A stretch of 64,000 bases of DNA from IMG/VR virus record IMGVR_UViG_3300045988_133735; one strand, 5' to 3'. The notes beneath the pieces were generated by a model. That model searched no databases. It was not told the origin of the DNA and saw only the letters and a program-made list of their open reading frames with translations. The stretch comes from a virus. Shown one piece after another: positions 18,202 through 28,330 of the stretch (within the stretch, counting starts at the first letter, position 1; the number at the start of each line of letters is the position of its first letter). Both the position numbers and the translations under genes were made by a program.

Positions 18202-19002
18202 TTATCCTCCTATGTTTTCATCTTTTTTATCGATGCGTTCTATCCACTGTGACGGGTCATACTTTCCGCCCCAAACTGAATAGTTCATCTCTGCGATATT
18301 TAATTGTTTTGCCTTCATCAGTTGGGAGAACGTGTCTCGTATCTGACCAATGGTGAGGGCACAAATATTTGAATAATTCAGGCTCTGATGAAATGTACAC
18401 AACAACGAGATCATATTAGGCAACTCCAAATTGGGGTCGCCTTTTTTTGTTTTTGCGAACTCTTTCTTCTTTTTCTGAAATTTCTCCCAAAACAGCCGGT
18501 CTTTCTCGGTTTTAAACTTTGGATTCTCTTCGGGCATATCGTCATCCGCAATATCAAGTAGCTGCAAAATTACTTGAACAACTGTCTTGTAATTTGATTT
18601 GTTAACAAAGCCGCCAATTGACGCATTGCCTTTTGAATCGACTTGTTTATCAATCAAAATTGCGCGATATTTTTCATCCCACTCCAAATTACCGAAAATA
18701 AAAAGAGCCAAACCCGAAATCAATTCGGATCTGGCTTCTTCGGTGGCTGTTAGGATATCAAACATTGTCATTTCATTTTTTTGTTCATTTGTGAACTGAT
18801 TCCACGGATTTTCTATCTTGGCATCTGTCGAGAAGTCCGTGAAATATTTTTCTGGTGTATACAAAAATAAAGTCAATACCCGCTGATACTGGTTGTAGCC
18901 GAGCTTCAAAATATCTCCAAGAATAGGGGAGTGAATTCGACCTACTTCGCGCAGCATGACCCCATAAGGGCTGATATGGTCTATATAATTTAATCGAATC
19001 AT
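18202..19002 (-). CDS. Neck/tail-terminator module protein (266 aa), function unknown
   Basis: ATGA overlap with the upstream gene; assigned by position. Confidence 0.45.
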   Translation of the reverse strand: MIRLNYIDHISPYGVMLREVGRIHSPILGDILKLGYNQYQRVLTLFLYTPEKYFTDFSTDAKIENPWNQFTNEQKNEMTMFDILTATEEARSELISGLALFIFGNLEWDEKYRAILIDKQVDSKGNASIGGFVNKSNYKTVVQVILQLLDIADDDMPEENPKFKTEKDRLFWEKFQKKKKEFAKTKKGDPNLELPNMISLLCTFHQSLNYSNICALTIGQIRDTFSQLMKAKQLNIAEMNYSVWGGKYDPSQWIERIDKKDENIGG

Positions 19003-19499
19003 CGCCTTGCCCTCCGAAAAGTTCCAACGCGATAAACAAGCATACGACCATAATAGGGCTGTGCTGGTTTATAAATACTGCTACCCACCCATTCAAGTGG
19101 ACCAATTCCAAATTCAGCGTTGCCGTTTAAAATCTTATCAACGTCACTTACGAGAACATCGATCCGAGTACCGGCTTGTCCTTTGCGGCGATAGGTCTGC
19201 ATGAGATTTTTGCTGCAATATGCAAACACATAGATCGTCATGTCTGTAATCGTGTCGCCATTAGTTTCTTCCGGCACCACCTCAACGCACAAAAATGTCT
19301 TGGAATTCTCTTGGGTGTCTGGAACAAACTCATATTTGAACACACAGCCGCCCTTTCCTGACCCATCCTTACCAAGCAGGGCAGTTTCAGGATCTTCAAT
19401 ATCGTCAACGTCCCCTAGAAGAACATCGAGAATATTATCATCGTTTATCAGCTTTGATATTACTTTGTTTTTGAAAGAACCGATCTCTTCCAAATTCAT
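18999..19499 (-). CDS. Neck module protein (166 aa), function unknown
   Basis: Tight packing in the head-tail joining region. Confidence 0.45.
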   Translation of the reverse strand: MNLEEIGSFKNKVISKLINDDNILDVLLGDVDDIEDPETALLGKDGSGKGGCVFKYEFVPDTQENSKTFLCVEVVPEETNGDTITDMTIYVFAYCSKNLMQTYRRKGQAGTRIDVLVSDVDKILNGNAEFGIGPLEWVGSSIYKPAQPYYGRMLVYRVGTFRRARR

Positions 19500-19500
19500 A

Positions 19501-20523
19501 TCAGATCACCTCCAAATCAATATCGGCGGTTAATTTACCTGACTGAACTGTCAAAGATACAATGGTTCCAATCAGCTTGGGATTATCAGCGCAAACTACT
19601 TTACATTTTGCGCTAGACACAGAATCCTCCGCGTTCTTAAAATGGATCTCATCAGGAACATGATCGCCCTGTAAAGTCCAATTTGCCATCTCACACGTTT
19701 CGCCATCGATTTTCGCTGTAAACAGCTTACCGAAACCGCCGGCTTGAACTGTCGGAGTTCCAGTAAAATCAATACTGAGAACATATTCTGGCTCAGCCTC
19801 CTGCGGTGGATAGACGACCTCTGGCGGAATTTCTTCTGTATCTTCAATAGGAACATAGTCACATATCATCTTCTCAGCGTTGTCAGTCTCTGGATTATAT
19901 AGATCCTGTTCGACGTTAAAAGAGAGAAATCCGACTTGTTCGTTATTGTAGTCAATGCGGCTTGTCATCTGGTCGACCGAAGTAATACGATATGTTTTAG
20001 GCACATCGTTAATAATTTCCAGCATTAGTCGCTTACCAATATTAAGATTGGCAGAGTATTCATCGAAAGGCATCTGGATACGGAATTCACGAGTAGAATA
20101 ACTCATCTGCTTGTTCTCTTCCAAATTGGAATAATACGGCTTTTCAACTGTAGCCCACAAAGAATGAATTTCGTGAGAATTATCGTCTTGCCATTTGATT
20201 TCCTTTCGACAAATCTGAATACGTCCACGTACTGTAATCTCATCTTCCGGGTCTCTTTCTGTAATCAACCAGTGGCTCTTGCTCCAATAGACGATGCTTC
20301 CAATAGAAAAGTCTTCACCCGGTAGAGTATGGATGATCTTTTGATCCATAACAGTTGAAGAAATAATATTCAGTTTACGCGGGATATCATCAATCGTCAC
20401 ATCTTTAAAAGAAGGACTGACTGGAGCCAACTTGTTTTGGTCATGAATTGACTTGTTAATTATTCTGTCACGCTGGGTTAGTCCATTAAGTTTAAGCATT
20501 TTTCTATATTCTGATCGAGTCAT
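19501..20523 (-). CDS. Neck/minor structural protein (340 aa), function unknown
   Basis: Lies between the capsid and tail genes. Confidence 0.45.
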   Translation of the reverse strand: MTRSEYRKMLKLNGLTQRDRIINKSIHDQNKLAPVSPSFKDVTIDDIPRKLNIISSTVMDQKIIHTLPGEDFSIGSIVYWSKSHWLITERDPEDEITVRGRIQICRKEIKWQDDNSHEIHSLWATVEKPYYSNLEENKQMSYSTREFRIQMPFDEYSANLNIGKRLMLEIINDVPKTYRITSVDQMTSRIDYNNEQVGFLSFNVEQDLYNPETDNAEKMICDYVPIEDTEEIPPEVVYPPQEAEPEYVLSIDFTGTPTVQAGGFGKLFTAKIDGETCEMANWTLQGDHVPDEIHFKNAEDSVSSAKCKVVCADNPKLIGTIVSLTVQSGKLTADIDLEVI

Positions 20524-20534
20524 AAGCCACCGCC

Positions 20535-20969
20535 TTACTCAGTCAACTCAGAAACCTTGTTTACTCTGAACGAGTAGCCATTCATTTCGGCTTTCAATTT
20601 CCGTTCTGAATACTGTAACAAGTCTTTCATCTGCTCCAATAGCTTAGCGGGGGAGAACATAGAGAAATCTTTTGTACTCATGGCATTTTTTAGTGCGTCA
20701 GAATTAAAGACGTAAGGCTCTAACCAGTGAACAATCATACTCAGGGCGAGAATACTCTGCTCCTTGCGAGACAGCGTAATGTTAAACATCTCAAGCTCTT
20801 CATCATAATCAGTCAGGTCTTTAGCACAGATATCTGCAAAATCGTCAATTGCTGCCTGAAGCAGGTCTTTTTCGACGGCAGCAAACATTTCGTCTGTGTA
20901 GCCTTCTTTGTCATAATCTTTGATTCGCCCACGACAGCGGGCATAGATACTTTCAAAAGTGGTTGCCAT
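20535..20969 (-). CDS. Head-tail connector-like protein (144 aa), assigned by position
   Basis: Second gene after the major capsid gene. Confidence 0.4.
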   Translation of the reverse strand: MATTFESIYARCRGRIKDYDKEGYTDEMFAAVEKDLLQAAIDDFADICAKDLTDYDEELEMFNITLSRKEQSILALSMIVHWLEPYVFNSDALKNAMSTKDFSMFSPAKLLEQMKDLLQYSERKLKAEMNGYSFRVNKVSELTE

Positions 20970-20985
20970 AGCCCGCCTCCTTTAT

Positions 20986-21519
20986 TTAGATGGTATCTTC
21001 CAGTTCAACATCCAGAGAGTCCTCCAGCGCCTTGATAGCACTGCGACTGTCCAGCTCGCCAGAATCAATCTTCTTCTTAGCCTCAGATGCGATGGCGTCC
21101 TTGGTACCGCCCGGCAAAGTGGGCACGATCTCCTTGATTTCGTCGGCGGACATATTAAATACATCCTCGAAGTCATCAGTAGACAGACTGTTCTGATAGT
21201 AACGACCAACACCCAGCTTCTTAATAACTGCGGGGTCATCAATCAGAATCCAATTCTCCTCAAAGAAGCGGCGCTGATTACCACGCATAGAAACGAGCTC
21301 GCGATACTCCATCTCCTGAATTTCACCTAGACCGCTCCACTCGACCACATAGCCGGGGTTCAGTGAGGACTTATAGATCAGGTTGCCAGAGACACCACTT
21401 CGGCACTCAACCATAGTTTCATTTGTAATCTCTGCGGTAGAAACAACGGGCTGCTCAACGGGGGTTTTTGCAGTAGTTGCCTTGGGAGCCGCAGCTTTTG
21501 TAGTTGCACGTCTTGCCAT
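20986..21519 (-). CDS. Capsid-associated protein (177 aa), function unknown
   Basis: Ala/Lys/Thr/Pro-rich N-terminus. High-expression codon bias like the capsid gene. AGGAGG upstream. Confidence 0.45.
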   Translation of the reverse strand: MARRATTKAAAPKATTAKTPVEQPVVSTAEITNETMVECRSGVSGNLIYKSSLNPGYVVEWSGLGEIQEMEYRELVSMRGNQRRFFEENWILIDDPAVIKKLGVGRYYQNSLSTDDFEDVFNMSADEIKEIVPTLPGGTKDAIASEAKKKIDSGELDSRSAIKALEDSLDVELEDTI

Positions 21520-21532
21520 TATTTCCTCCTAT

Positions 21533-21564
21533 ATAATAAGAAGCGGCAGGGAAGCCCCTACCGC
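21533..21564 (-). terminator. Rho-independent terminator/attenuator after the major capsid gene
   Basis: Minus strand: GCGGTAGGG-gctt-CCCTGCCGC followed by TTCTTATTAT. Confidence 0.6.
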
Positions 21565-21588
21565 CCATGTAACATTTTAATTTGATGA

Positions 21589-22584
21589 TCAGGACAGCTT
21601 GTACACGCCAAAGTCACGATCAAAGATAACGGCAATACCGGTGCGCTTCATCATCAGGAATTCCTGAGTCATATCAGCGTTGTCCATGGGGTTGCCCATC
21701 AGCATAGTGACGTCGCCCTCGGTAACGCGCTTAATGGGCTTGGTATCGCCAGCAAACACGTAGATGACATCGTCGCTCAGCAGGAAGTCGTCGGTGCCGT
21801 CCTTGTGACGCTGCTTCACAGCCACCAGAGGAGTGCCGGCCAGATGACCAATATAGCCCATTGCGTAAACATCTTCCTTAGCGGAATCAGACATGGTAGC
21901 AGTCTTGATCTTGCGCAGAGCCTTCTTAGTGCCGATAATAACAGCAGACTCACCAGTAGAAGTCTCAACGTGCTCGATCAGATCCAGCAGCTTCTCCTCG
22001 TCATAAGTACCGGTCACAGTATAGGGAGCCTGCAGCTTGGAGAACATGCCGGTGAAAGCAGCATATGCAGCATCCAGCTCCTGCTTGGTGAAAGACTTGC
22101 CGACCAGATCAACGAACTTGTTAAAGTCGATACGGCCAGCCAGCACGCGGTTCAGTTCCTCATAGATCTTCACGGCACGCAGCTGAGTATTGACAGTGAT
22201 GTCCTGACCACCCTCGATGCGCTGACGACGAATGCCCTGAGTACCTTCAGCGATATCAGCAACAGCAAACAGGCACTCCTTCTCGATATGGAACTTGTTG
22301 GTGTCGCCCAGAGACATATTGCGATCCTCGACCATGTTCATGAAGAACTCGTCGCCCTTCAGACCTTCCTCGTGGATAACATTCACCAGTTCCTCAACAA
22401 TTGCGAAAACCTGAGCGCACTTGCCGTCGCGAACAGCCTTCAGATCCAGCTTTGTGGAGCCACCATTTGCCTCAATCAGAGCCTTGCGCAGAGCCTCCTG
22501 AGTATCATTAACAGAGTAATCACCGGCGACGTGACCCTTGTAGCCATCAACAGCCAGCTTGATCAGATTAGAATCAATAGCCAT
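21589..22584 (-). CDS. Major capsid protein (HK97-fold candidate)
   Basis: 331 aa, downstream of the portal and scaffold-like genes. Very strong C/G-ending codon bias. Flanked by terminator hairpins. Confidence 0.65.
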   Translation of the reverse strand: MAIDSNLIKLAVDGYKGHVAGDYSVNDTQEALRKALIEANGGSTKLDLKAVRDGKCAQVFAIVEELVNVIHEEGLKGDEFFMNMVEDRNMSLGDTNKFHIEKECLFAVADIAEGTQGIRRQRIEGGQDITVNTQLRAVKIYEELNRVLAGRIDFNKFVDLVGKSFTKQELDAAYAAFTGMFSKLQAPYTVTGTYDEEKLLDLIEHVETSTGESAVIIGTKKALRKIKTATMSDSAKEDVYAMGYIGHLAGTPLVAVKQRHKDGTDDFLLSDDVIYVFAGDTKPIKRVTEGDVTMLMGNPMDNADMTQEFLMMKRTGIAVIFDRDFGVYKLS

Positions 22585-22602
22585 GGTATAAACCTCCTAT
22601 AA

Positions 22603-22634
22603 TAAAAATGGCCGCCCGCTATTGCACGGACGGC
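22603..22634 (-). terminator. Rho-independent terminator/attenuator
   Basis: Minus strand: GCCGTCCG-tgcaatag-CGGGCGGC followed by CATTTTTATTAT. Confidence 0.55.
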
Positions 22635-22661
22635 GTTATGTTAATTTCTTGAACTTTGGGA

Positions 22662-23174
22662 TCACTTCAGGCTAATGTAGAAGTATGTATACTTGCCATC
22701 GCCAAAGCCGACAGTCTCCTTCTCCAGAATGGTGCCGAAAGTGGTGTCATCAGCGGCATCGGTCTGAACGGTAATCTTGGTAGAACCAGCGGTATAACCA
22801 ACAGTCTTGCCAATCTCGGGAGTGCCCTCGAAAGCCTCAGCGGTCACAGAGAAGCCACCCTTAGAGTCCAGAGAATATGCGCGAATGGTCTTACCGGCTT
22901 CATTGACCCACTCAGTCAGATAGTGAGCGACAGTCTGATCATAGAACAGCTCTTCCTCTGCAATCACATACAGATCCTCCTTCACGGCACCAGCTGCGGG
23001 AGCAGTTGCCTTATAAGCCTCACGACCCAGCTTCTCGCCCAGAACAACGATATTACCGTTATCAATTGCTGCGGGAGCATCGCTAGAATAGAAAATCACA
23101 CTTGCCAGCTGCTCACCATTCTTGGTGCCACCCAGATTATCAGTGCGCACAACAGCATGCTTAATATTTGCCAT
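22662..23174 (-). CDS. Capsid decoration or auxiliary head protein (170 aa), assigned by position
   Basis: Lies between the scaffold-like gene and the major capsid gene, with the same high-expression codon bias. Confidence 0.4.
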   Translation of the reverse strand: MANIKHAVVRTDNLGGTKNGEQLASVIFYSSDAPAAIDNGNIVVLGEKLGREAYKATAPAAGAVKEDLYVIAEEELFYDQTVAHYLTEWVNEAGKTIRAYSLDSKGGFSVTAEAFEGTPEIGKTVGYTAGSTKITVQTDAADDTTFGTILEKETVGFGDGKYTYFYISLK

Positions 23175-23204
23175 AATTATGTACCTCCTAAAATTTTGAA
23201 TTAT

Positions 23205-24839
23205 TTACTTGCCGAGATAGTGTTCCATCAGGCCACCATACGCGGCGTCTGAACCGTTCTGGGTGCCACCCACGCCAAAGCGGACAGTTCCTCTATTGTT
23301 AGTAGTGGGAACATAAGAGAACTCAGCGGACTGACGACCAACCAGCGCATAGCACTTAGTCTCCAGCTCGGCATAAGTAATCTCCGTGTTCTCCTTCAGT
23401 GCGGTATATTCCGCATTTGCGCCCAGCTTTTCATCCATAATAGAGAACAGCTCGTCGCGCTTAGCCTTTTCTGCTGCGGCGACTGCCTCAGCTTCGGCCT
23501 GCTGATATGCTTCCAGCTTAGGTTTGATTTCACTAACTTCATTAGCTGCTTTAGTAAAGCTGTCAGACAGCTCAGCGATTTTGTCAGTCAGAGTAGTAAA
23601 GGCGGCAATAGTGCCAGGCATCACTTCACCCTCATCCCAATCCTCATATGCAACCTTCATGCGCTTGATATTCTCATAATCCAGAACAACATTGTCGCCA
23701 TTCATAGAGTAGGGAATGCCCATCAGCTGCCATGTCTTGGAGCAACGAACCACCACTGTCTCAGGCATCAGATCTTCAAAATAGAAATCTGGAATCATAT
23801 ACTCAGAATCCCAACTAGAAGGATGAGTGTGCTCGGCAAGCTTAGTACCGATCTCGTCCATCAGCTGAACTGTAGTTAGAGTAAACTCATTGTTTTCAGT
23901 AGCGGTGGGCTCATCTTCAAATGCCGGTGCTGTATTTTCAGTCGGAACAGATTCACCCTCGCCCTCATTTTCTGCAGCATTTTCAGCCGCAGGAGTCTCA
24001 CCTTCGCCATCTGCCGAAGTAGTATTCTCAGCAGTCTGGACGTCGGGCTCCTGTACTGTATTTTCTGCCGGAGGAGTCACGGTTTCAGGATTTTCGACCA
24101 CGGTCGTATTCTTCTCGTTTTCATTCATTGGTGTTTTATCTCCTTTCTCCTCATCGGATGGATTTTCATTTTTTGCAGAATAATTCTGCTGGAGAGCCTG
24201 ATACTCATAGAGACGCTCTCGAATTTGAGATGTGATATCGTCAACAGAAAAATTGGCGGTTACACAGCTCCCAGTCATTGCGGGCTGAATCTTCGGATCG
24301 GTGGTCGACAGAATGCAGCAACCATCAAACTTAAAAGACGAAACGGGAGTGATTCCGTCATCGCGTTTCGCCTCGCAAACCATATCGGTCAGTTCAACGC
24401 TGTGGTTTTTTGTCACATCGCGAGTGAAGATATCTACTGGGTCGCCAAATTTTGTCCAGATCAAACCATCGACACGCAAATATTCACGTTCTGTGCCGGT
24501 TCCGTCATCTTTAATAATCCAACGCGGGTTACAAGATTCAGGAATCACACCATAAGCCTGCCCTGCATACAGATATTTGACATCGGTATCGGTGATTCGT
24601 AGCTCGTGCTCATGCCCTTTGAAGTCTTTATCTTCATCGTCCAATTCATTCACTACATAACCAAGAATCGGCATATTGGCGATAGTCGGGACAGCTTTGT
24701 TGATAACATCTTTCGTGAAACTGGTCTTATTAAGATTTGCTCCTGTGTGCATCACATCAATACAGACATCTATGAAGCGAAAATCAGAAGTTTCATATTC
24801 ATTCTTCTTTGAAAAAGAGATTGGATATCGTTGATTCAT
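23205..24839 (-). CDS. Prohead protease/scaffold-like fusion protein (544 aa)
   Basis: N-terminal globular ~200 aa, then an acidic low-complexity linker (..ENPETVTPPAENTVQEPDVQTAENTTSADGEGETPAAENAAENEGEGES..), then a C-terminal coiled coil. Sits just after the portal gene. Confidence 0.4.
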   Translation of the reverse strand: MNQRYPISFSKKNEYETSDFRFIDVCIDVMHTGANLNKTSFTKDVINKAVPTIANMPILGYVVNELDDEDKDFKGHEHELRITDTDVKYLYAGQAYGVIPESCNPRWIIKDDGTGTEREYLRVDGLIWTKFGDPVDIFTRDVTKNHSVELTDMVCEAKRDDGITPVSSFKFDGCCILSTTDPKIQPAMTGSCVTANFSVDDITSQIRERLYEYQALQQNYSAKNENPSDEEKGDKTPMNENEKNTTVVENPETVTPPAENTVQEPDVQTAENTTSADGEGETPAAENAAENEGEGESVPTENTAPAFEDEPTATENNEFTLTTVQLMDEIGTKLAEHTHPSSWDSEYMIPDFYFEDLMPETVVVRCSKTWQLMGIPYSMNGDNVVLDYENIKRMKVAYEDWDEGEVMPGTIAAFTTLTDKIAELSDSFTKAANEVSEIKPKLEAYQQAEAEAVAAAEKAKRDELFSIMDEKLGANAEYTALKENTEITYAELETKCYALVGRQSAEFSYVPTTNNRGTVRFGVGGTQNGSDAAYGGLMEHYLGK

Positions 24840-25051
24840 TCTGTTTTCACCTCCTCGCCCGCAAAATAAAAGCCCTGACGAATTGCAATCTGCAACTCAG
24901 CCAGAGCATTTTCAAATACATTATCATTGATAAATACATAGTTGTTCGGCGGATCTTTTCGTAGCAGGAGAGCGCCGTGTTCTATCAAAAACTTCGACAT
25001 CCCGGCGGCGTGAGAACCATGCACGACTATTTCACATAGATATTGTGCCAT
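24836..25051 (-). CDS. Hypothetical protein (71 aa)
   Basis: Packed between the portal and scaffold-like genes with overlapping stop/start codons. Confidence 0.45.
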   Translation of the reverse strand: MAQYLCEIVVHGSHAAGMSKFLIEHGALLLRKDPPNNYVFINDNVFENALAELQIAIRQGFYFAGEEVKTE

Positions 25052-25052
25052 G

Positions 25053-26573
25053 TTACTCCTCCTGTCTATCTGCTGTTACTTCGCCAGCGTCACTTAATTG
25101 CTTGCCTTCACTTGCATTAGATGGGCGTCCGCCCTCGTTTACAGCGCCAGATTGTGTATTAGAACTTTTAAGCGGAACTTCAACATTATTTAAGCCGAGT
25201 ACATCATTTTCAAGATAAGCCATATTTTCATAATCCGTACCAGCAAACCCGGCGGTTGCAAGGATAGCGCTACGTGTTGGAATGCCATATTGGGCGTCCT
25301 TTAGATATCGCTCATGCATTTCGGCACGGTTGTAATGTGTCACCGGCAGGAAATTGATACGGAATTTATAAGAACTTGATACGCTCTTGAGTTTACGATT
25401 TACCCAACGCTCCAGCTGACGAATCACCGCGAATACAATCATTTGGTCATTTACAGTACACAGATTCAGCGTTGAAGCAGCCGGATCGTCACCGCCGCCA
25501 AACAAGATTTTGTTTACACCAGCCTGCGCAAATAGTGTTGCTTCGGCCTTTGCAACCTCGTTCGTATCACTATTTACACCGCTTTTGTCAAAATTCCAGT
25601 CAGTTAATTTCATGGGCGTCAAAATCGCACCAATATTCGGCGGCAACACATTACTCATCATGTCGTAGAACTCTTTGGCAGTTTCATAGTCAATCAGGAA
25701 CGAACCATCTTCGTCACTGATAGGGATTTCCATCGCAATGGCTTTGTAGTTGTTGGCTTCGCTTGCGTTCTTGCTAATGGCGCGGTAATCCTCAATATCC
25801 GCCAGAGCACTAAATAGACTCACAAACGGCGGAATGGGGATATAGTCATGTTCATTTACCTTAATACAGATTGACTTAGAACTATCCAATTCTTGCCATT
25901 TATATAACTGAGTATTGGTTTTATAGGTGTTATACATGGTTTGGAACTCAGGCGGATAATTCAGTAGCTTGTCTTGGTTTGAATCAAAATATGAAAAGTT
26001 AAATGCAAAGTTGTATACACCATCTTCAATGCTGCTGATTTTACAATAGTCTGCATCTAGGTTCTGGAAAGCAAAACTATCATTTGTCTCCCATGCGTAT
26101 CCATAATAAACGTCGTCGCGAAATGCAATCGTCAAAATCTTGGTTGCTTCGTGTGGAATATTCATCAGTTCAACAGCTGTGGAGCTTGCGTAGTATGCTT
26201 TCTTAAACTTATTCTGATTGATGCTTTTAGATCGATCAAGACCGTAGGGAACAAGCTCATAAGAGAATGTAGACATATTCGCAAAATATTGAATCAGCCG
26301 ACGATAGTAGTTTGAAATATTGAACAGATATTTGCTCATATTCCGCAGTTGCTTTTCGTAACTAGCTGGATTAGCAAGATACTTCACGATTTGATCCTTC
26401 GTATACTTGGTATATGTCGGATTGGTCTCTGATGTGGATTCAAGATTACGAATACCGATTTTTGATAAGTTAGCATAGACACCACTTACCAAATCAGAAT
26501 ATGTAACATAAGAGGTTTTTCCACTTTTGGAATTCGTGACCATGACCTTTTTATTCATTATATTTTCAGCCAT
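25053..26573 (-). CDS. Portal protein
   Basis: 506 aa, immediately downstream of TerL (1-nt overlap). Size and position are typical of a portal. Confidence 0.6.
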   Translation of the reverse strand: MAENIMNKKVMVTNSKSGKTSYVTYSDLVSGVYANLSKIGIRNLESTSETNPTYTKYTKDQIVKYLANPASYEKQLRNMSKYLFNISNYYRRLIQYFANMSTFSYELVPYGLDRSKSINQNKFKKAYYASSTAVELMNIPHEATKILTIAFRDDVYYGYAWETNDSFAFQNLDADYCKISSIEDGVYNFAFNFSYFDSNQDKLLNYPPEFQTMYNTYKTNTQLYKWQELDSSKSICIKVNEHDYIPIPPFVSLFSALADIEDYRAISKNASEANNYKAIAMEIPISDEDGSFLIDYETAKEFYDMMSNVLPPNIGAILTPMKLTDWNFDKSGVNSDTNEVAKAEATLFAQAGVNKILFGGGDDPAASTLNLCTVNDQMIVFAVIRQLERWVNRKLKSVSSSYKFRINFLPVTHYNRAEMHERYLKDAQYGIPTRSAILATAGFAGTDYENMAYLENDVLGLNNVEVPLKSSNTQSGAVNEGGRPSNASEGKQLSDAGEVTADRQEE

Positions 26574-28330
26574 TACAGCCCTCCCTTCTTCAATATTGGC
26601 GCACGGAAGTTAAAATCAAGCAGCTTCGGTTTGTTATGCCGTTTCTCCATGCTGCGCTCAACTTGCTGCGCAATATAATAATTGTAGGACAGGGAAGAGT
26701 AACGGTCTTTGCGACATCCAGATTTCTCCTTGACCTTGATTACGTTATTTACTGTTTCGTAGCCCAAATTAACAAGTTCGTTCACTGCAAGACCGGTGTT
26801 GATATATGGCATTTGTAGAGCAGCTCGTTCGCTGGGTGACATTTTATCATACCCTTTATACAACTTGCGTAGCTGATCTTCGCAGCTATACTCGCTTTGT
26901 AAAAGGTGGATTCGCCCCTGCTGGAAACCACTACGTAGACCAATAGCAACATCACTATTAAATTGTGCGCTACCCATAATAGCCCAAATGACCTTCTTAG
27001 CGGCCTTATCAGAACAACGATCAGCAATTTCTGAATTGTTGCAGCAGCTGATTGCCGGATAAGTTTCGCCAGTTTCAGGATCGTAGATATCACGCATAAG
27101 TAGGTCGATCAGCGGAATACCAACTGAGCGAGCGTCGATGCCGAGATAATCACAGTTAAAATATTCAAAGTAGCGGCGCAGTTTCAGTGCTTGATCTTGT
27201 ACGCTCATACCTTCAACGTTCTCTGAGTAAACGAAATTACTTGTATAACGTCCAGATTTGTTTGGTATCATACAATTAAGGAAGATACTTGTTGCGTCAT
27301 TGTCATTTTTCTTGGAACTCATCAATGCGATATCGGCAGTTAAAATGCGAATCTCTCCGTTTTTCTTTTTGGGGATATCTGTTGCAGTAGGGGAGAGCAC
27401 GATATTTGGCGCGTAGTATGCTTTTTCGATAACGCGAGTTTTGTTGATGTCGTCGAACTGGAATAGCCCACCTTCAATTGAGCCAATCCATTCAGTCAGC
27501 ATTTCCATTGAGAACTTCAGGTCGGAAAAACTTGATTCGGACATTTCATCTTCGACGGCCTCTTTCAACAACAAACCTTCTTTGATACTCATTCTGTAAT
27601 CAAAAGCACAACAATAATATTTTTTACTACGATCAATCATATTTACAAAATAGTCCTTACATTTTTCGTAGCTCCAGTGATTCTGGAACCATGCAGAACT
27701 AAGATAAAACTCTTGATTTCGTTCAGCCATGTGTTTATATTCTGGTTTGTCTAAATATCCGGGATGGCGAACAATATTTAGGAATTTTTTCAAAACCATA
27801 TTGATGATATCTTCATCCATCATGCGGTATTCGTCGACCAAAATTAAATTTGCTCGTGCACCACGCGCAGAGTCGGTAGCCGTCACAACTTTAACGTAAC
27901 TGCCATTTTTGAATATAATTTCTGCTTTCTGATTGTTGATGTCGACTTTTTTGATTTCGGATTGTAATAAAGGACTGTTTGGTACAAGTTCCTTCATTAT
28001 TTTTTCGTCCAAAATATTGATAGATTGTGTTCGCACTTTACATGCAATAATACACTTCGTGCCCGGCCACAATAGGCATTTAATCACAATAAAGACAGCG
28101 GTTAAAAAAGATTTGCCTAGACCGCGAGCAGCAATGAAACAAAAGCCTGTACTTCGAACCATTAAATACAACAAAATCTGCTGAAATAATTTCAAATTCA
28201 GATTCAAATATTCTTTGGCGAAGCGTTGCGGATTTTTTCTATAATATCCACAATACCAAGCAACTGCATTCATTATTTTTTCTGATTTACTATTTGCTAC
28301 TTCTTTGTCTGTTAATTTTTCTTTTGTCAA
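26573..28330 (-). CDS. terL: Terminase large subunit
   Basis: Walker A-like ..AARGLGKSF.., Walker B-like ..ANLILVDEY... 585 aa, just upstream of the portal gene. Confidence 0.85.
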   Translation of the reverse strand: MTKEKLTDKEVANSKSEKIMNAVAWYCGYYRKNPQRFAKEYLNLNLKLFQQILLYLMVRSTGFCFIAARGLGKSFLTAVFIVIKCLLWPGTKCIIACKVRTQSINILDEKIMKELVPNSPLLQSEIKKVDINNQKAEIIFKNGSYVKVVTATDSARGARANLILVDEYRMMDEDIINMVLKKFLNIVRHPGYLDKPEYKHMAERNQEFYLSSAWFQNHWSYEKCKDYFVNMIDRSKKYYCCAFDYRMSIKEGLLLKEAVEDEMSESSFSDLKFSMEMLTEWIGSIEGGLFQFDDINKTRVIEKAYYAPNIVLSPTATDIPKKKNGEIRILTADIALMSSKKNDNDATSIFLNCMIPNKSGRYTSNFVYSENVEGMSVQDQALKLRRYFEYFNCDYLGIDARSVGIPLIDLLMRDIYDPETGETYPAISCCNNSEIADRCSDKAAKKVIWAIMGSAQFNSDVAIGLRSGFQQGRIHLLQSEYSCEDQLRKLYKGYDKMSPSERAALQMPYINTGLAVNELVNLGYETVNNVIKVKEKSGCRKDRYSSLSYNYYIAQQVERSMEKRHNKPKLLDFNFRAPILKKGGL

